From a virus, in the IMG/VR virus record IMGVR_UViG_3300025154_000006, positions 19,469-83,468 of that record: a stretch of DNA of 64,000 nucleotides; one strand, written 5' to 3'. This document shows positions 26,957 to 37,548 of this stretch, in pieces; the first letter of the stretch is position 1, and every line of letters starts with the position of its first letter. The position numbers and the translations under genes were made by a program. The notes under the pieces were generated by a model. It worked only from the letters and a program-made list of their open reading frames with translations, was not told the DNA's origin and did no database searches.

Positions 26957-27679
26957 ACCGACTTCGTAGCGCAAGGGAGCGCCACCATAGGTCTTGGCGT
27001 CTCGCCACAACGCAGCCTCGTTCTGAGAAGCTGCCGCCAGCGATTGCTGGAAGTCGTAGATACAACCAGGCGGGATAATGACGATTTTTTCGGTCATCAA
27101 GCCACCAGGAACCACCGGAGTACCAGTCTGACCCAGACGCAAGTTCCATTCGTTCACGATGTCAAGAGAGAACTTGCTAGTACTACCCAAACCAAGGAAA
27201 TTGGTAGCGCTACCGCCATAGGTCCAGAATGTCGAGGGGGTCTGGAAGAACGCATTGCGAGAAACACCTTCAATTTTGCGACGCACGTTGTTCGACAGGA
27301 CAGCCTTCATAATGGGGCGCCAGTCACGGCCACCACTCATCTGCCACTGTTGAAAATACGAACTGACTTTATGAACCTGGATTTTGTCGCCGTAGCGCGC
27401 CATCGAGGTCGTCCGGAAACGCGAGTCAACGGTCAGCGGTTCCGGGATATACATCGCATCATACGCGATGGTGTCGGTATTCACGTCAGCATCTAACATG
27501 TCTGTAAAGATGGTGGCGTCTGCTCCGGTCTGGCGACTGCGATCCATCCACTCTACAAGCGGCGTATAGATCACGGGCGCGGTCTGGAAGTTCATAACAA
27601 CTTGCGCTACGCGATCATCCCAAGTATTTTGGTCAATCACGGCTACCGGGTTGTTATTGTAATAATCTTCAAGGGCCAT
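26957..27679 (-). CDS. major capsid protein, exon 1
   Basis: 723 nt, 241 codons, after the scaffold; spliced product 470 aa. Confidence 0.85.
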
Positions 27680-27741
27680 TTCAAACTCCTATGAAAAACT
27701 GAATAATTGCAGGATTTGGAGGCCCACTAAACAACTTTGGT

Positions 27742-28377
27742 TTAATTCTTTGCTTTTAGATATGCTTCAAATTTCTCGTTGTAGCCCTTTTGGTCGCCTT
27801 TCAACATGGCGGCATTGGCTTCTTTGAGAAGACTTGTGGCAGTTACCTCGGCAGTAGCGTTTGCCGAACTGTCCAAAGCGCTTGCGCCAGCAACGGCTGT
27901 CTGTCTAATTTGAGCATTCGTTGTTGCCAGTTTCTCGCTGATGGCTTTCAGGGCAACTTCCAACTTATCTTCTGGGAGATCGGGCAGTAAGCCGTCTGCT
28001 TCCCATTGGGCAAGATTTGGATATTTACCCATAACCAACTGATTGCGCGCTAACTTGCGAGTCGCGGCTTGCAGTTGTTCGTCAAGCGATGTCTTTGCCT
28101 CAAGAATTGCCTTTGATCCAGTTTCCAAAGCAGCAAACTGATCGGTCAAAGACTTAATCTGAGTCTGGGCGGTAAGAAGTTCACCTTTGGTTGCTTTGTG
28201 AGCAAGGGTTTCTTTCTCGTGTGTCTGTTGAAGCCCAGTGTAAACAGCTTTTGTGAAAAACTCACCGGAGTTTATTTTTCCCATTAGTTCTGTGTACAAT
28301 GATTGGTAATCTGGACTGTTACCGGTTCCGCCCGTTGGGGTGGTTACGGCAACATTAAGATCATCGGTAGGCGGCAT
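27742..28377 (-). CDS. capsid scaffolding protein
   Basis: coiled-coil, Ala/Lys-rich, between portal and capsid. Confidence 0.7.
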   Translation of the reverse strand: MPPTDDLNVAVTTPTGGTGNSPDYQSLYTELMGKINSGEFFTKAVYTGLQQTHEKETLAHKATKGELLTAQTQIKSLTDQFAALETGSKAILEAKTSLDEQLQAATRKLARNQLVMGKYPNLAQWEADGLLPDLPEDKLEVALKAISEKLATTNAQIRQTAVAGASALDSSANATAEVTATSLLKEANAAMLKGDQKGYNEKFEAYLKAKN

Positions 28378-28378
28378 T

Positions 28379-29977
28379 TTATTTTTCTCCTGTCTTATCG
28401 CGGTTCTGCGCTTGAGGTTCTTCTACATCAGTCGCAGATTGGTCGGAGGTGGCCTTTGTCTTGGCGGCCATTAGGTCTTTCTCTCGTTCTGCCTCCGCGT
28501 CGGCTTCGGCGTTGATCTCTTTTAGCTCTTCTTCTACATTGTCAACGTCCTGGAACATATCTAGCAAGTGGCGCCGCGAACCTAAATGGTTCTTTGATCG
28601 GATAGCCACCTCGTTCACAAGCGCCTCTCTGTCAACCGGAAGCATTGGCGCCCATTTCACAATCAACTTTTCTTTCAGGTCTTCTTCGGTAATTCCATTG
28701 ATGCCCTTTACCTGGCAAATCTTTAGGATGATTTCTGCTAATGCGATCATTCCCACGGTCCAGTTGATACGCTCCAACTTAATGTGTGTAACCAACGGGA
28801 ACATGCGAGTAGTAAGCGTCAGGGAGGACCTCTGTGACCCTTCGTCTTCACCATCTGCTACGGCGGGATGCCTTGCCTCTCGCCTGTAGATTGCTTCAAG
28901 TCGTTCTGTTATGGTCAACATGGGCGCAGACGTACTGTCGGTTCGCACTGCGAACAAATCCGGTTGCGTGTCGTTTGGCGATAGGCCAGCGGAAGCGCCA
29001 ATGTCAATAGCAATGCGCCCATTTGGAAGTTCTACTTTCTTGATACCAGTTCGCACACCACGGACTGCCAACGTTCCGTGACTATCGTCTGAAACGGCAT
29101 CGCCCAGATCGGCATATCGCAAATTCATCTCAAGGATAACGCCCTTGATGGTCTCTGTGATCATTGAATGACCCCAGAAACCAGAAGTACGAATATGTGG
29201 AATATAAACAAACGGGACAATACCAAATGGATTAGCGCCCTCTAGCGGAACGCCATCCATGGTCAGCGTCTTTTCGTTCACAGAAATCTTGTAAGTGTCT
29301 TTTGTCCAATGCTCGATGTAGTAATACTTTATGTTGGTATCTTGAGGATCTTCAACATAATAACCATAACTTTGAGCGTCTGATGCGTTTATCTCACGAA
29401 CAAACCAGCACTCCCGTAAGCGCCACAGATTAGTACCATCTGGAATTCCATAAAATTCTGTTGGTTCTGGTGCAATCGCTTGTATTTTCTGTATTGGATC
29501 ATTTGGCTTGAAAGTGACTCCCCACACACAACCACCGAGATATTGAGAGAGAACGGCATTGCTTGAGAAAAGTGCGCCACCGCCACCGCTAATCAGTGCG
29601 TCCGTAATGGCATCTACGATAATACTACTTCTTTTGCTATCGGTTTTTCGCAGTGCGAACTTTATAGGAACGCCACTATCCCTAATGCTTTCGATGGTAT
29701 TTCCAAGTAAAACAGTTGCGTGACGCTCGCAGGAGTTCGGAATCGGATTGATCTTTAGCGGATACTTATCAATGGTGGTCCCAGATGTCTTGTCTTGGAT
29801 TGTTTCTTGTAGCGGAACACTACCGTACCAGTCGCTTAACTCTAAGTAAGCCTCCTGCATAGTATTCCATTGGGTATATGGAAACCTAGGAATGCTCTGT
29901 AAAGTAAAAGGAGAGGTGGCGATTAATGATCCAAATAAGGTTTTTAGCATATTTTTAGACAAAAAAATAGCAGGCAC
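28379..29977 (-). CDS. portal protein
   Basis: about 520-530 aa after the terminase; NPFGIVPFVYIPH motif as in SPP1-type portals; start uncertain (29950 or 29977). Confidence 0.85.
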   Translation of the reverse strand: MPAIFLSKNMLKTLFGSLIATSPFTLQSIPRFPYTQWNTMQEAYLELSDWYGSVPLQETIQDKTSGTTIDKYPLKINPIPNSCERHATVLLGNTIESIRDSGVPIKFALRKTDSKRSSIIVDAITDALISGGGGALFSSNAVLSQYLGGCVWGVTFKPNDPIQKIQAIAPEPTEFYGIPDGTNLWRLRECWFVREINASDAQSYGYYVEDPQDTNIKYYYIEHWTKDTYKISVNEKTLTMDGVPLEGANPFGIVPFVYIPHIRTSGFWGHSMITETIKGVILEMNLRYADLGDAVSDDSHGTLAVRGVRTGIKKVELPNGRIAIDIGASAGLSPNDTQPDLFAVRTDSTSAPMLTITERLEAIYRREARHPAVADGEDEGSQRSSLTLTTRMFPLVTHIKLERINWTVGMIALAEIILKICQVKGINGITEEDLKEKLIVKWAPMLPVDREALVNEVAIRSKNHLGSRRHLLDMFQDVDNVEEELKEINAEADAEAEREKDLMAAKTKATSDQSATDVEEPQAQNRDKTGEK

Positions 29978-30043
29978 AATGGCATATGTCTGCGTATCGT
30001 ACGGGTATATTTCGTATATGTCTATGCGTACTTAAAAAGCATA

Positions 30044-30268
30044 CTACTCTTTTTGAATCTCGTCAAGTATCTTAGATGCAATAAGTGTCAATTTGTCTGC
30101 ATTTGAAGCGTCTTCGTAACTAATTCCGGTATATTCCTCAAGATCAACGATGTGTCCGCATTGTTCGCATTCCCATTCGGTGATCTGGCACGTAGGGGCA
30201 TAATACACATCGTCATCGTGAAAACCGCATTCCGGACAGGTTATTTCAAGAAAAAAACGCTCTCCCAT
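30044..30268 (-). CDS. small zinc-ribbon protein
   Basis: CPECG...CEQCG; GGAG RBS. Confidence 0.6.
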   Translation of the reverse strand: MGERFFLEITCPECGFHDDDVYYAPTCQITEWECEQCGHIVDLEEYTGISYEDASNADKLTLIASKILDEIQKE

Positions 30269-30306
30269 ATTATCTCCCGTATCTTTTATCTCTTGTTGTA
30301 GAGCGA

Positions 30307-31920
30307 CTAGCGTGTGTTCTTGGCGCGGTTGGTGGAACGAGCAACGGATCCACGAGACGAGTAAGGTAAACGCTGAACGCTTCCTGTACTTTTTGCGGCA
30401 TCCTCTTCTTCGAGCGATGGATATAACGCGCGAGAAACATAACAGCCCATAGCCAAAGTCGCAACAAGGTCTTGTGGAATTTTTGCAGATTTAGAGTTAT
30501 CCAAGATTGGGTCATAAGATTTGAACTGGGAGCCTATTCCAGTGGCAGTTATGGGCCAGAACCATAAATTTGCAGAGATGGCAAGCCTGGCGCTTACTAG
30601 ATAACTATACTTCCCAGAACCAGAGAAGTCAAGTCCATTGATGCGTTCTACGGAATAGTTATTTCCAGTGACATATTGAACATTGAATAGTTCCGCAGAA
30701 TACTTCTGGGTAGACGTTGAGTCTACGCCCACAAAGACAGGTTGATATATCTTCATAAACTCAAGTAGGTGGTTTACCCATGGCATAATTGAGCCGCCGC
30801 CATTGCCCCACCATAAAGCAGAAACAACATTAACTTTTGGCGCATTGGTAACGTCATGTACCATGATTACTGGCGCGTTCCTGCTTGGCGCCGCGCCTGT
30901 TCCGGGATCGGTGGTAATAATATAGGTGTGCATAGGGTCCCTGGGAAAACGATAATGCCAGTAGCCCATAGCAGGATGACTTTCTCCATGAAAACCCGGA
31001 ACGCCCGCGGCAATTCCCTCTCGAAGTTGCGCTGCAAGACTTTCGCTTTCACAGGCTTCAACTACCGTTCTTGAGAAGTAACTACCACGTCCTTCTGGTC
31101 GCTTTCCGGTAAGATAAAAACCACGTTCTTCTTCTGGGATATTGCGTAGCTGTGTAGCAATTTGCTCGGGAGTGTTGTTTAGGTTCTGTTCCGAGTCTAT
31201 TAGGAATACTGCCCAGTGTTCTGGGTCCGCCTTGGCGTTGTCAAATAAAGCCCAAAGCTGTGGATTGTCCAATGGATTCGAGATAATACTAAGCCTACCC
31301 ATAAATGGGCGGCCAGATGCTGTAGCGCCAGTTCCGCGAGTGGTTAGGCGCATAATCAGCGTGGATAGGTCGTCAAAACGCCACGCCTCTTCAATATTGA
31401 ACCAATCGCCACGCTGAGAGAATAGATTGCTTGCATCAGACAGCTCGCCCGCGGAATAGAAGTGCATTACAGAAGAAAACAGGATGTTTCCAACATAGAA
31501 ATTGAAATTGATTTTAGGATGTGGACTAGACGGACTTCCCGATATAAGTTTCTCTAAACGGGTATTCTTGGCATATTTCAGGATTAGATCATACATAATC
31601 CTGGCTTGATCTAGGTCCTTGCCAATATTGTAGAACTCAAATTCCTGGGTAATGGTTGCGTGAAAGCAAGCACCAAGGCCCACGGCCAAGGTTTTGCCCG
31701 CGCTGATTCCGCAGATTGCCAGCACGCCCTCTTGCTTTGCCATAATAGCGTCAACTTGCCACTTTCCTTCTTCTGTGAAATTGTAATCAAACTGGAACGG
31801 CCTATCTTGTCCCTCTTTTTGTAACCAATATCTAGCCCACAGATTCGGATCACTCTCGCTGGCTTTCATAAGTTCTACTTCTGCCAATGAGAGTTTATAT
31901 AGTTTCTCCAACTTTGCCAT
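30307..31920 (-). CDS. terminase large subunit
   Basis: Walker A GISAGKT, Walker B WFNIEEA, coupling motif ISNP, nuclease TTDPG and C-terminal QDLV. Confidence 0.9.
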   Translation of the reverse strand: MAKLEKLYKLSLAEVELMKASESDPNLWARYWLQKEGQDRPFQFDYNFTEEGKWQVDAIMAKQEGVLAICGISAGKTLAVGLGACFHATITQEFEFYNIGKDLDQARIMYDLILKYAKNTRLEKLISGSPSSPHPKINFNFYVGNILFSSVMHFYSAGELSDASNLFSQRGDWFNIEEAWRFDDLSTLIMRLTTRGTGATASGRPFMGRLSIISNPLDNPQLWALFDNAKADPEHWAVFLIDSEQNLNNTPEQIATQLRNIPEEERGFYLTGKRPEGRGSYFSRTVVEACESESLAAQLREGIAAGVPGFHGESHPAMGYWHYRFPRDPMHTYIITTDPGTGAAPSRNAPVIMVHDVTNAPKVNVVSALWWGNGGGSIMPWVNHLLEFMKIYQPVFVGVDSTSTQKYSAELFNVQYVTGNNYSVERINGLDFSGSGKYSYLVSARLAISANLWFWPITATGIGSQFKSYDPILDNSKSAKIPQDLVATLAMGCYVSRALYPSLEEEDAAKSTGSVQRLPYSSRGSVARSTNRAKNTR

Positions 31921-32390
31921 TATTTATTTAACTCCGCGGAAGTCCATACCATTTCGCGGATAGTATTTTCCAGAATTTCAATAAGTTGATCTGATATTTG
32001 AAAACGCTCTTTATTGATCCTCAAAGACTCAAAAATGTCTCCGTTTGCATGGCGTAAACTTGCGGCTTTCCAGTCTGCAAGCATTTCAATCAGGTCAAGC
32101 AAACTCATTCCGCTAATTCCATTAAACCAATGTTCGGGATGGTGAGAATTATTGTCGTAGTGATGTTGTAGTGCCGTTCCCATTTGTATTAAGAAACCAC
32201 GATATTCATCACTTCCGTATGTTGACGCTTTTAACTTAGGAGTATATTCGTCATGCATACTCTTTTCTGGTTCTATTAATTTGCTCGCATCATGCGCCAT
32301 TTGACGCAACATTAGATTTCCTCTAACTTCTTCGATTAATCCGCGAACGGTTTTTATGTGTGCCTTTATAGCATCTGTACTATCGTACAT
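31920..32390 (-). CDS. HD-like protein (DUF5662-like)
   Basis: HDASK, QHHY.NN.HHPEH, EMLADWKAA. Confidence 0.75.
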   Translation of the reverse strand: MYDSTDAIKAHIKTVRGLIEEVRGNLMLRQMAHDASKLIEPEKSMHDEYTPKLKASTYGSDEYRGFLIQMGTALQHHYDNNSHHPEHWFNGISGMSLLDLIEMLADWKAASLRHANGDIFESLRINKERFQISDQLIEILENTIREMVWTSAELNK

Positions 32391-32402
32391 TTTTGACCTA
32401 TT

Positions 32403-32756
32403 TTATGACCGCGGACGGTTCATAGACCGCATCATAGCAAGTTCTTGGTTCCAGTTGCGCTTGGCCCGTATTTCCATGATGTAATAGTCCATAAATGACT
32501 TTGGCAGAAAACTTGCCGGAGTATCTTCTGGAAGAGAACCAACAAGAGCAAGCGAAATGAGTTGATATTTCGGCAACGCCTCATCTTCATAGAACAACAT
32601 TTTGAGTTTTGTTCCATTGGTAATACAACTAAGCGGCTGTATACCCTGGGCCTGGATACCAATTACGATTTCCAGATCATCAAGATCAATGACTTTTCGG
32701 CCCTCTTCCAGTTCTCGATATTTGGTTTGTACATGAAAATTATTGTCAAAGGTCAT
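32403..32756 (-). CDS. hypothetical protein
   Basis: GGAG RBS, coupled to the upstream gene. Confidence 0.6.
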   Translation of the reverse strand: MTFDNNFHVQTKYRELEEGRKVIDLDDLEIVIGIQAQGIQPLSCITNGTKLKMLFYEDEALPKYQLISLALVGSLPEDTPASFLPKSFMDYYIMEIRAKRNWNQELAMMRSMNRPRS

Positions 32757-33445
32757 TCTTTTTCTCCGTGTTCGTTGATTTTTCCCAAGATGTGCGCCTT
32801 AGTCTCGGAGTATTTCTTCACCGGTTGCGGACGCAGACGAAAATTAGACGATGGTTTGTATTCTTCTTCATCATCTTCGTCTATGATACTTTTAGAAACT
32901 GGTTTATAGGAAGAGGTTGGCGAAACTCGTTTTTCTGCCTCAATAATCGACCTGTACTCTTTCGCAGATAGAGACAGACCATCAAGTACCCAACCGAGAA
33001 CTTCTTCAACAAATACAAGCAGGGCCATGCCAAGCCAGCCAATAAGGCGATAGATCGGAACGTTGGAAGACAAGTCTGCAACAACGTTCTTTTCAAACCA
33101 CAAAATGTTAGTGGCGCCATCGACAATCGCGCAGATAACAAACATAGAAATGGAAATATTGTTAGTAGTAAGCCACTTAGGAAAACCGTCTTGTAAGATA
33201 CGGTTTGATCCAAAGCGCTTACGAAGATACAGCGCGGCGTTCTGCCCATATTGGAACAATAAACCAAGCAGAATTGGCAAATAAATACCAATCCACAAAG
33301 TTGGATCGGCCCAGGCCGCAAACGCCTGGATGGTTTGCGTTAATGATGCATAACTAAGTCCAAGCAGCGCCACGAGTACGACCATAAGCGCCAGGACATT
33401 GATTAGTGCAAGATATTTATGTTTTGAGATAACGTTTGATTCCAC
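32753..33445 (-). CDS. multi-pass membrane protein
   Basis: about 4 hydrophobic helices and a charged C-terminal tail. Confidence 0.7.
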   Translation of the reverse strand: MESNVISKHKYLALINVLALMVVLVALLGLSYASLTQTIQAFAAWADPTLWIGIYLPILLGLLFQYGQNAALYLRKRFGSNRILQDGFPKWLTTNNISISMFVICAIVDGATNILWFEKNVVADLSSNVPIYRLIGWLGMALLVFVEEVLGWVLDGLSLSAKEYRSIIEAEKRVSPTSSYKPVSKSIIDEDDEEEYKPSSNFRLRPQPVKKYSETKAHILGKINEHGEKE

Positions 33446-33449
33446 TTTT

Positions 33450-34361
33450 CTATTCTCCTATTTTTTTCTTGAAATTTTGTATGCCACTGTTTTGTGAAAA
33501 ACACACCCAACCACCATCTTTAATCTTGGCCCACGAAAAACCGTCGATTTCTGGAATAATTTCTTCAAATTCGTATTGCGAACCATCAACGTGGGTATTG
33601 GCAATCATTCCAGAAGCCATGGACGGACCTTCTCTAACCGCTACCGAGCGTGTTGCGATATAAATATTCGCAATGGCATTCTCGGGTTGGGCTTTCTTTA
33701 GCGTTACCTCTTTGAGTACGGGCAGGTTCAGGTCGCGCAAGGAGAAGAATGACCAGAAAATGGTTTCCGGAACATATTCTTTATATTCGCCAAGCAAGTA
33801 TGGCAGGTTGATCTTACTTTCGGTAGTAAGTGATACGATTAGTGGTTTTGGGTTTTTCAATTCGGTCTTGAATAACGAGAATATTTCTTCCAGTGGCGTT
33901 TTTTCGTCATTGATAATTGGAACCGGGAACAAATTGGGGGCAATTGCCAACAGTTCTTTGCATTTTTCTAGCCAGCAATAGTGCGAAGCCAATATGCCAA
34001 CCCGAAGTTTCGGGTTCTTTTCCAGAAAAGCACCAATTAATCGCTTTTCTGTCTCAAGACTATCCGGGAAGTTGGTATCGGGTTCAATGTAGATTTCATC
34101 AAAACTTCCAAGAGACAAAACATTATCAACCAGTTTTGTGATCACTTTCTGGTCATTCTTTATAATTGCTCTTGGAAGAAATGGAGATATGGTGGATAGA
34201 CCAAAGTTCGCACCGTCCTCAATAAGTATTTCCATCTTTTCCGTTCCGCGTCCATGGAACGGAAAATACAGAAGACCATGCGAAATTCCGGTTTCGGTAA
34301 TTAGTTTGTGATTTCCGTCCCCTGTTGAAAATATGTCTCTTAGAAGAATTGCTAGTTTCAT
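33450..34361 (-). CDS. protein with C-terminal SH3b-like domain
   Basis: VAVREGPS...WAKI..GGWV. Confidence 0.6.
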   Translation of the reverse strand: MKLAILLRDIFSTGDGNHKLITETGISHGLLYFPFHGRGTEKMEILIEDGANFGLSTISPFLPRAIIKNDQKVITKLVDNVLSLGSFDEIYIEPDTNFPDSLETEKRLIGAFLEKNPKLRVGILASHYCWLEKCKELLAIAPNLFPVPIINDEKTPLEEIFSLFKTELKNPKPLIVSLTTESKINLPYLLGEYKEYVPETIFWSFFSLRDLNLPVLKEVTLKKAQPENAIANIYIATRSVAVREGPSMASGMIANTHVDGSQYEFEEIIPEIDGFSWAKIKDGGWVCFSQNSGIQNFKKKIGE

Positions 34362-34385
34362 TTTTGTATACCTCTTATTTGCAGT

Positions 34386-35336
34386 TTACACCATATTTGC
34401 ATTTACGTCTATGTATTGTTTTACAATCTTGATAAAGTTGGTAGGAGAAAATGGGTCTCCAATCATTCGTTCTCGCCAGGAGGAAACGTCTTCTCTTGGC
34501 TTGCAGGCAGATTGCATTGTGTCCCAAAGATTGCCAACCGCAGAATCAAGTGGATATTCCATAATGTCCCTATACTTATCCCACGACTTTACGTAATCGA
34601 AATTATCTTGTGAGTTTCCAATCCTTGGCGGGACATTCTCTGCCATCATTAGGGTTGGTTTTCCGCGGGCAATCGCAAGATAGGCATAAGTTTCTGTGCC
34701 AATTACCAAGTCCGCTGTATCTATTTCTTTAAAGGACTGATCTGGTAAACCAAGTACATACTTGACATTGGAAATCCTGTGTAGTCCACAACTGTCCAGT
34801 GAGCGAAGGTATCTAACCGTAATGTCAAAAGAGTGTGCTTTTTGTGCCTCCAAAAGACGATCCATTATTTTGTGATTAATCTCCTGGTTGACCGGAGCGT
34901 TCCAACCATTTGTATTTGCATGAATTGGAGCAAATGTTACTTTTCGTATTATTTTGGATACTGGCGCAAATTCTCTCTGGTCGCAGAACGACCAGCCAAC
35001 AATGTGTACTGGTTTTGTAACTCCAATGCGATCTAGTACTTGTTTATGTCCTATAGACGGAACGAAAATAGCAGTCGTTTTGGGATGTGGATGACATTCT
35101 CTAAAATCATACCAAAGCGGCGGCCTTGCCGTGTGCCCAAACAGAAAAATTAGACAACTCTCGGGCATTTTATTAATTCTGTCTATTCGCCATTTTGTTA
35201 CGTCGCTATCAAAAAGGGCAACCGTTGGATTTTGGGTATAGTCGGCTGGTTTCCAGCCAGCATTTCGCATGGCCTGTTCGTATGCCTGGCCCTTCTCTTG
35301 ATGATCGCGAATAAAGAAAGTTGTCTTATCTGTCAT
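34386..35336 (-). CDS. glycosyltransferase-like protein (GT-B-like)
   Basis: ADLVIG.ETYAYLAIARGKPT; paralogue of 38258..39178. Confidence 0.6.
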   Translation of the reverse strand: MTDKTTFFIRDHQEKGQAYEQAMRNAGWKPADYTQNPTVALFDSDVTKWRIDRINKMPESCLIFLFGHTARPPLWYDFRECHPHPKTTAIFVPSIGHKQVLDRIGVTKPVHIVGWSFCDQREFAPVSKIIRKVTFAPIHANTNGWNAPVNQEINHKIMDRLLEAQKAHSFDITVRYLRSLDSCGLHRISNVKYVLGLPDQSFKEIDTADLVIGTETYAYLAIARGKPTLMMAENVPPRIGNSQDNFDYVKSWDKYRDIMEYPLDSAVGNLWDTMQSACKPREDVSSWRERMIGDPFSPTNFIKIVKQYIDVNANMV

Positions 35337-35967
35337 TGCGCTTCCGTAGCGTCCAGATGAATTCCCACTCCTGCTTCGGGCCGGTAATACTTTCTATGAT
35401 TTCAAGCCCGGCGTTCTGGAATATCTTTTCCCAAGTAGGGCGAAATAGATGCCATTCATATTGGCGATTTCGCGAAGCAAGTTGCCGAAACCCCTCTTCG
35501 TGAATACTGTTTCTGTAACTTATGCAGTTGGGGGCCTCTATGTAAAGAATGCCATTTGGCGACATAAACCTGCCAATTGCGGCTAGACTTGCTTTATGAT
35601 CTATGTCTTCCGGGTCCAGATGTTCGATTACACCCAATAGAACAACTACATCAAAGGTATGTCCAAAGTCGGTATCTTCGATCAGACCACAACGAATATC
35701 TGCTTCCGGTACTTTCTTTTTGGCAAGTTCGCAGGCAACGGGAGAAAAGTCAAGTCCGGCATACCGCGCGGTTTTACCCCACCTATCTGCAAAGTAACGC
35801 AGTAAATGTCCGTTTCCGCACCCAAGATCCAGGATGTTCTCGATATTTTGGTGTGATCGCACGGCACTGAAACAAAATTCGTCTCGTTCGTCACCAGACC
35901 ATTTTTCGGGGTCGGCAATATAATACTCGTTATATTTCTTGATCAGAGCGCTATTTGAAATATCCAT
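35326..35967 (-). CDS. class I SAM-dependent methyltransferase
   Basis: ILDLGCGNG, GLDFS, FDVV..GVIEHL, PNGILYIEAP. Confidence 0.9.
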   Translation of the reverse strand: MDISNSALIKKYNEYYIADPEKWSGDERDEFCFSAVRSHQNIENILDLGCGNGHLLRYFADRWGKTARYAGLDFSPVACELAKKKVPEADIRCGLIEDTDFGHTFDVVVLLGVIEHLDPEDIDHKASLAAIGRFMSPNGILYIEAPNCISYRNSIHEEGFRQLASRNRQYEWHLFRPTWEKIFQNAGLEIIESITGPKQEWEFIWTLRKRNDR

Positions 35968-35986
35968 GCAGTTTTATCCTTTGTTT

Positions 35987-36205
35987 TTAAAAGTCGGACA
36001 GTTTGCCAGTCATAATAATTTTTTCAACCGCGGCAATGGCGGCGGCTTCGTCTATCGCATTAACGGTATGCCCAAAGTTGTCAATAACAACCATGTTCCC
36101 ATCTCCAAACATCCCTCCTTCCATAATCTGCGCAATCATGTTGCCATTCCTTGTGACAATCATATAATTCTCTGCCCCTTTTTTGTACCGGATCATATCT
36201 TCCAT
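35987..36205 (-). CDS. small hypothetical protein
   Basis: AAGGAG RBS, 72 aa. Confidence 0.55.
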   Translation of the reverse strand: MEDMIRYKKGAENYMIVTRNGNMIAQIMEGGMFGDGNMVVIDNFGHTVNAIDEAAAIAAVEKIIMTGKLSDF

Positions 36206-36243
36206 ATTTTCTCCTTTTATTGTCTATTTTTCGCGGTGCGAAC

Positions 36244-36876
36244 TTATTCTACGTTTGTTATAGTACCACTTATAACAGTTGGGTCAAAGGGGTGGACATC
36301 GCCACCGCGAATTATTGCGGCCTTACTCGCCTCTCTTGCGTATACGCCCGTAGTAGATACCTGGGCAAGCGCCGCAATTAGCAAGGGATTGGCCTCTATT
36401 GGCGCATCTAGTTTGAAAGTTTGCCCGGTTGTAAGCATGGTAATAAAATGGTTTCCGCTAATTGTTTTCATAGTAAACGCCGGGAATGTTCGGGTATTCT
36501 CGTCCATGTGAATAAGGCAAGCCTCTAGTTGCGCCCTGGCCACTCGCGCTTGTCCAAGTCCAATTACTGTCTCTTTCGTAACCCATCCGCCGCCAAGCGC
36601 AATAACACATAAGGCGATCCCGATAGAATAAACCACGAAATTAGCAACTTTCTTAATGGCAATGACCATGTGGTCGAATAAATCATTCCAACGGGCATCT
36701 TCGATTGCTTTCTGCTCTGCGGCTTTTTCATTCGCAGCGCGAACCTGTTCATCAAAAAGCGCCCGCTGATCGGTTTCTACAACTATTTGATAAGCTTTGG
36801 CCTCGTCCACGACTGCTTTGTTCCCACAGCCAACTAGAAAAAGCGCAAATAAAACAAAAGAATATATTTTTTTCAT
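36244..36876 (-). CDS. putative lipoprotein with an additional TM helix
   Basis: MKKIYSFVLFALFLVGC lipobox; internal hydrophobic segment. Confidence 0.65.
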   Translation of the reverse strand: MKKIYSFVLFALFLVGCGNKAVVDEAKAYQIVVETDQRALFDEQVRAANEKAAEQKAIEDARWNDLFDHMVIAIKKVANFVVYSIGIALCVIALGGGWVTKETVIGLGQARVARAQLEACLIHMDENTRTFPAFTMKTISGNHFITMLTTGQTFKLDAPIEANPLLIAALAQVSTTGVYAREASKAAIIRGGDVHPFDPTVISGTITNVE

Positions 36877-36912
36877 TTTAGTTTCTTCTCTGCAATATAC
36901 CATGTTTTGGGG

Positions 36913-37548
36913 TTATTTGACGATTTTGGCATACGTCATGCAGACTGAAACACTTGGAACAATTGTTTTCACTATGGCCAACAGTTCGTCTATATTGCCA
37001 CCACCAAAAGCCTCGTGGAACTCGCCACGGAATATCTCTATTCCCTTAAGTGGCTCTAGGTCTTTGAGGATCTCAAATTCTGCGCCTTCGCAATCCATAA
37101 TCATTACTTTGGGCGGCTTGTCGAATTTACACATCTTTAGAGCATCTTTTAGTGTCTTTGATTTCACAATTGGACCAGCCTTGCTACCATAAATCCTATG
37201 CGCGCCCGAGTTCTTTGTCATGTGCATTCTAATGTCTCTGCCATCTCCAGTAATGGCAAAGTTAAAAACCTTGATTAGATCGCCAAGTCTATTCGTTTTG
37301 ATATTTGCCATTAGTCTACTGTAGTTGAGCGGTGACGGTTCAAAGACGAATACCCTGGCGCCGTACTTCTTTGCCAGAGTCATACTTACTTCGCCAGTAT
37401 GTCCGCCGATTTCTATTACGGTATCGCCTGGTTGCAGATTCCACGTATCGGGCCGGTACTCGGTCTGGATTTCGTCCATGATAAAATTTTCCTCCCACGA
37501 AGAATCGCAGAAAACTAGTCCGAGCGGATTATTCATAACATTTTGCAT
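36913..37548 (-). CDS. FkbM-family methyltransferase
   Basis: VIEIGGHTG, FVFEP, MDCEGAEFEIL, GEFH. Confidence 0.9.
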   Translation of the reverse strand: MQNVMNNPLGLVFCDSSWEENFIMDEIQTEYRPDTWNLQPGDTVIEIGGHTGEVSMTLAKKYGARVFVFEPSPLNYSRLMANIKTNRLGDLIKVFNFAITGDGRDIRMHMTKNSGAHRIYGSKAGPIVKSKTLKDALKMCKFDKPPKVMIMDCEGAEFEILKDLEPLKGIEIFRGEFHEAFGGGNIDELLAIVKTIVPSVSVCMTYAKIVK

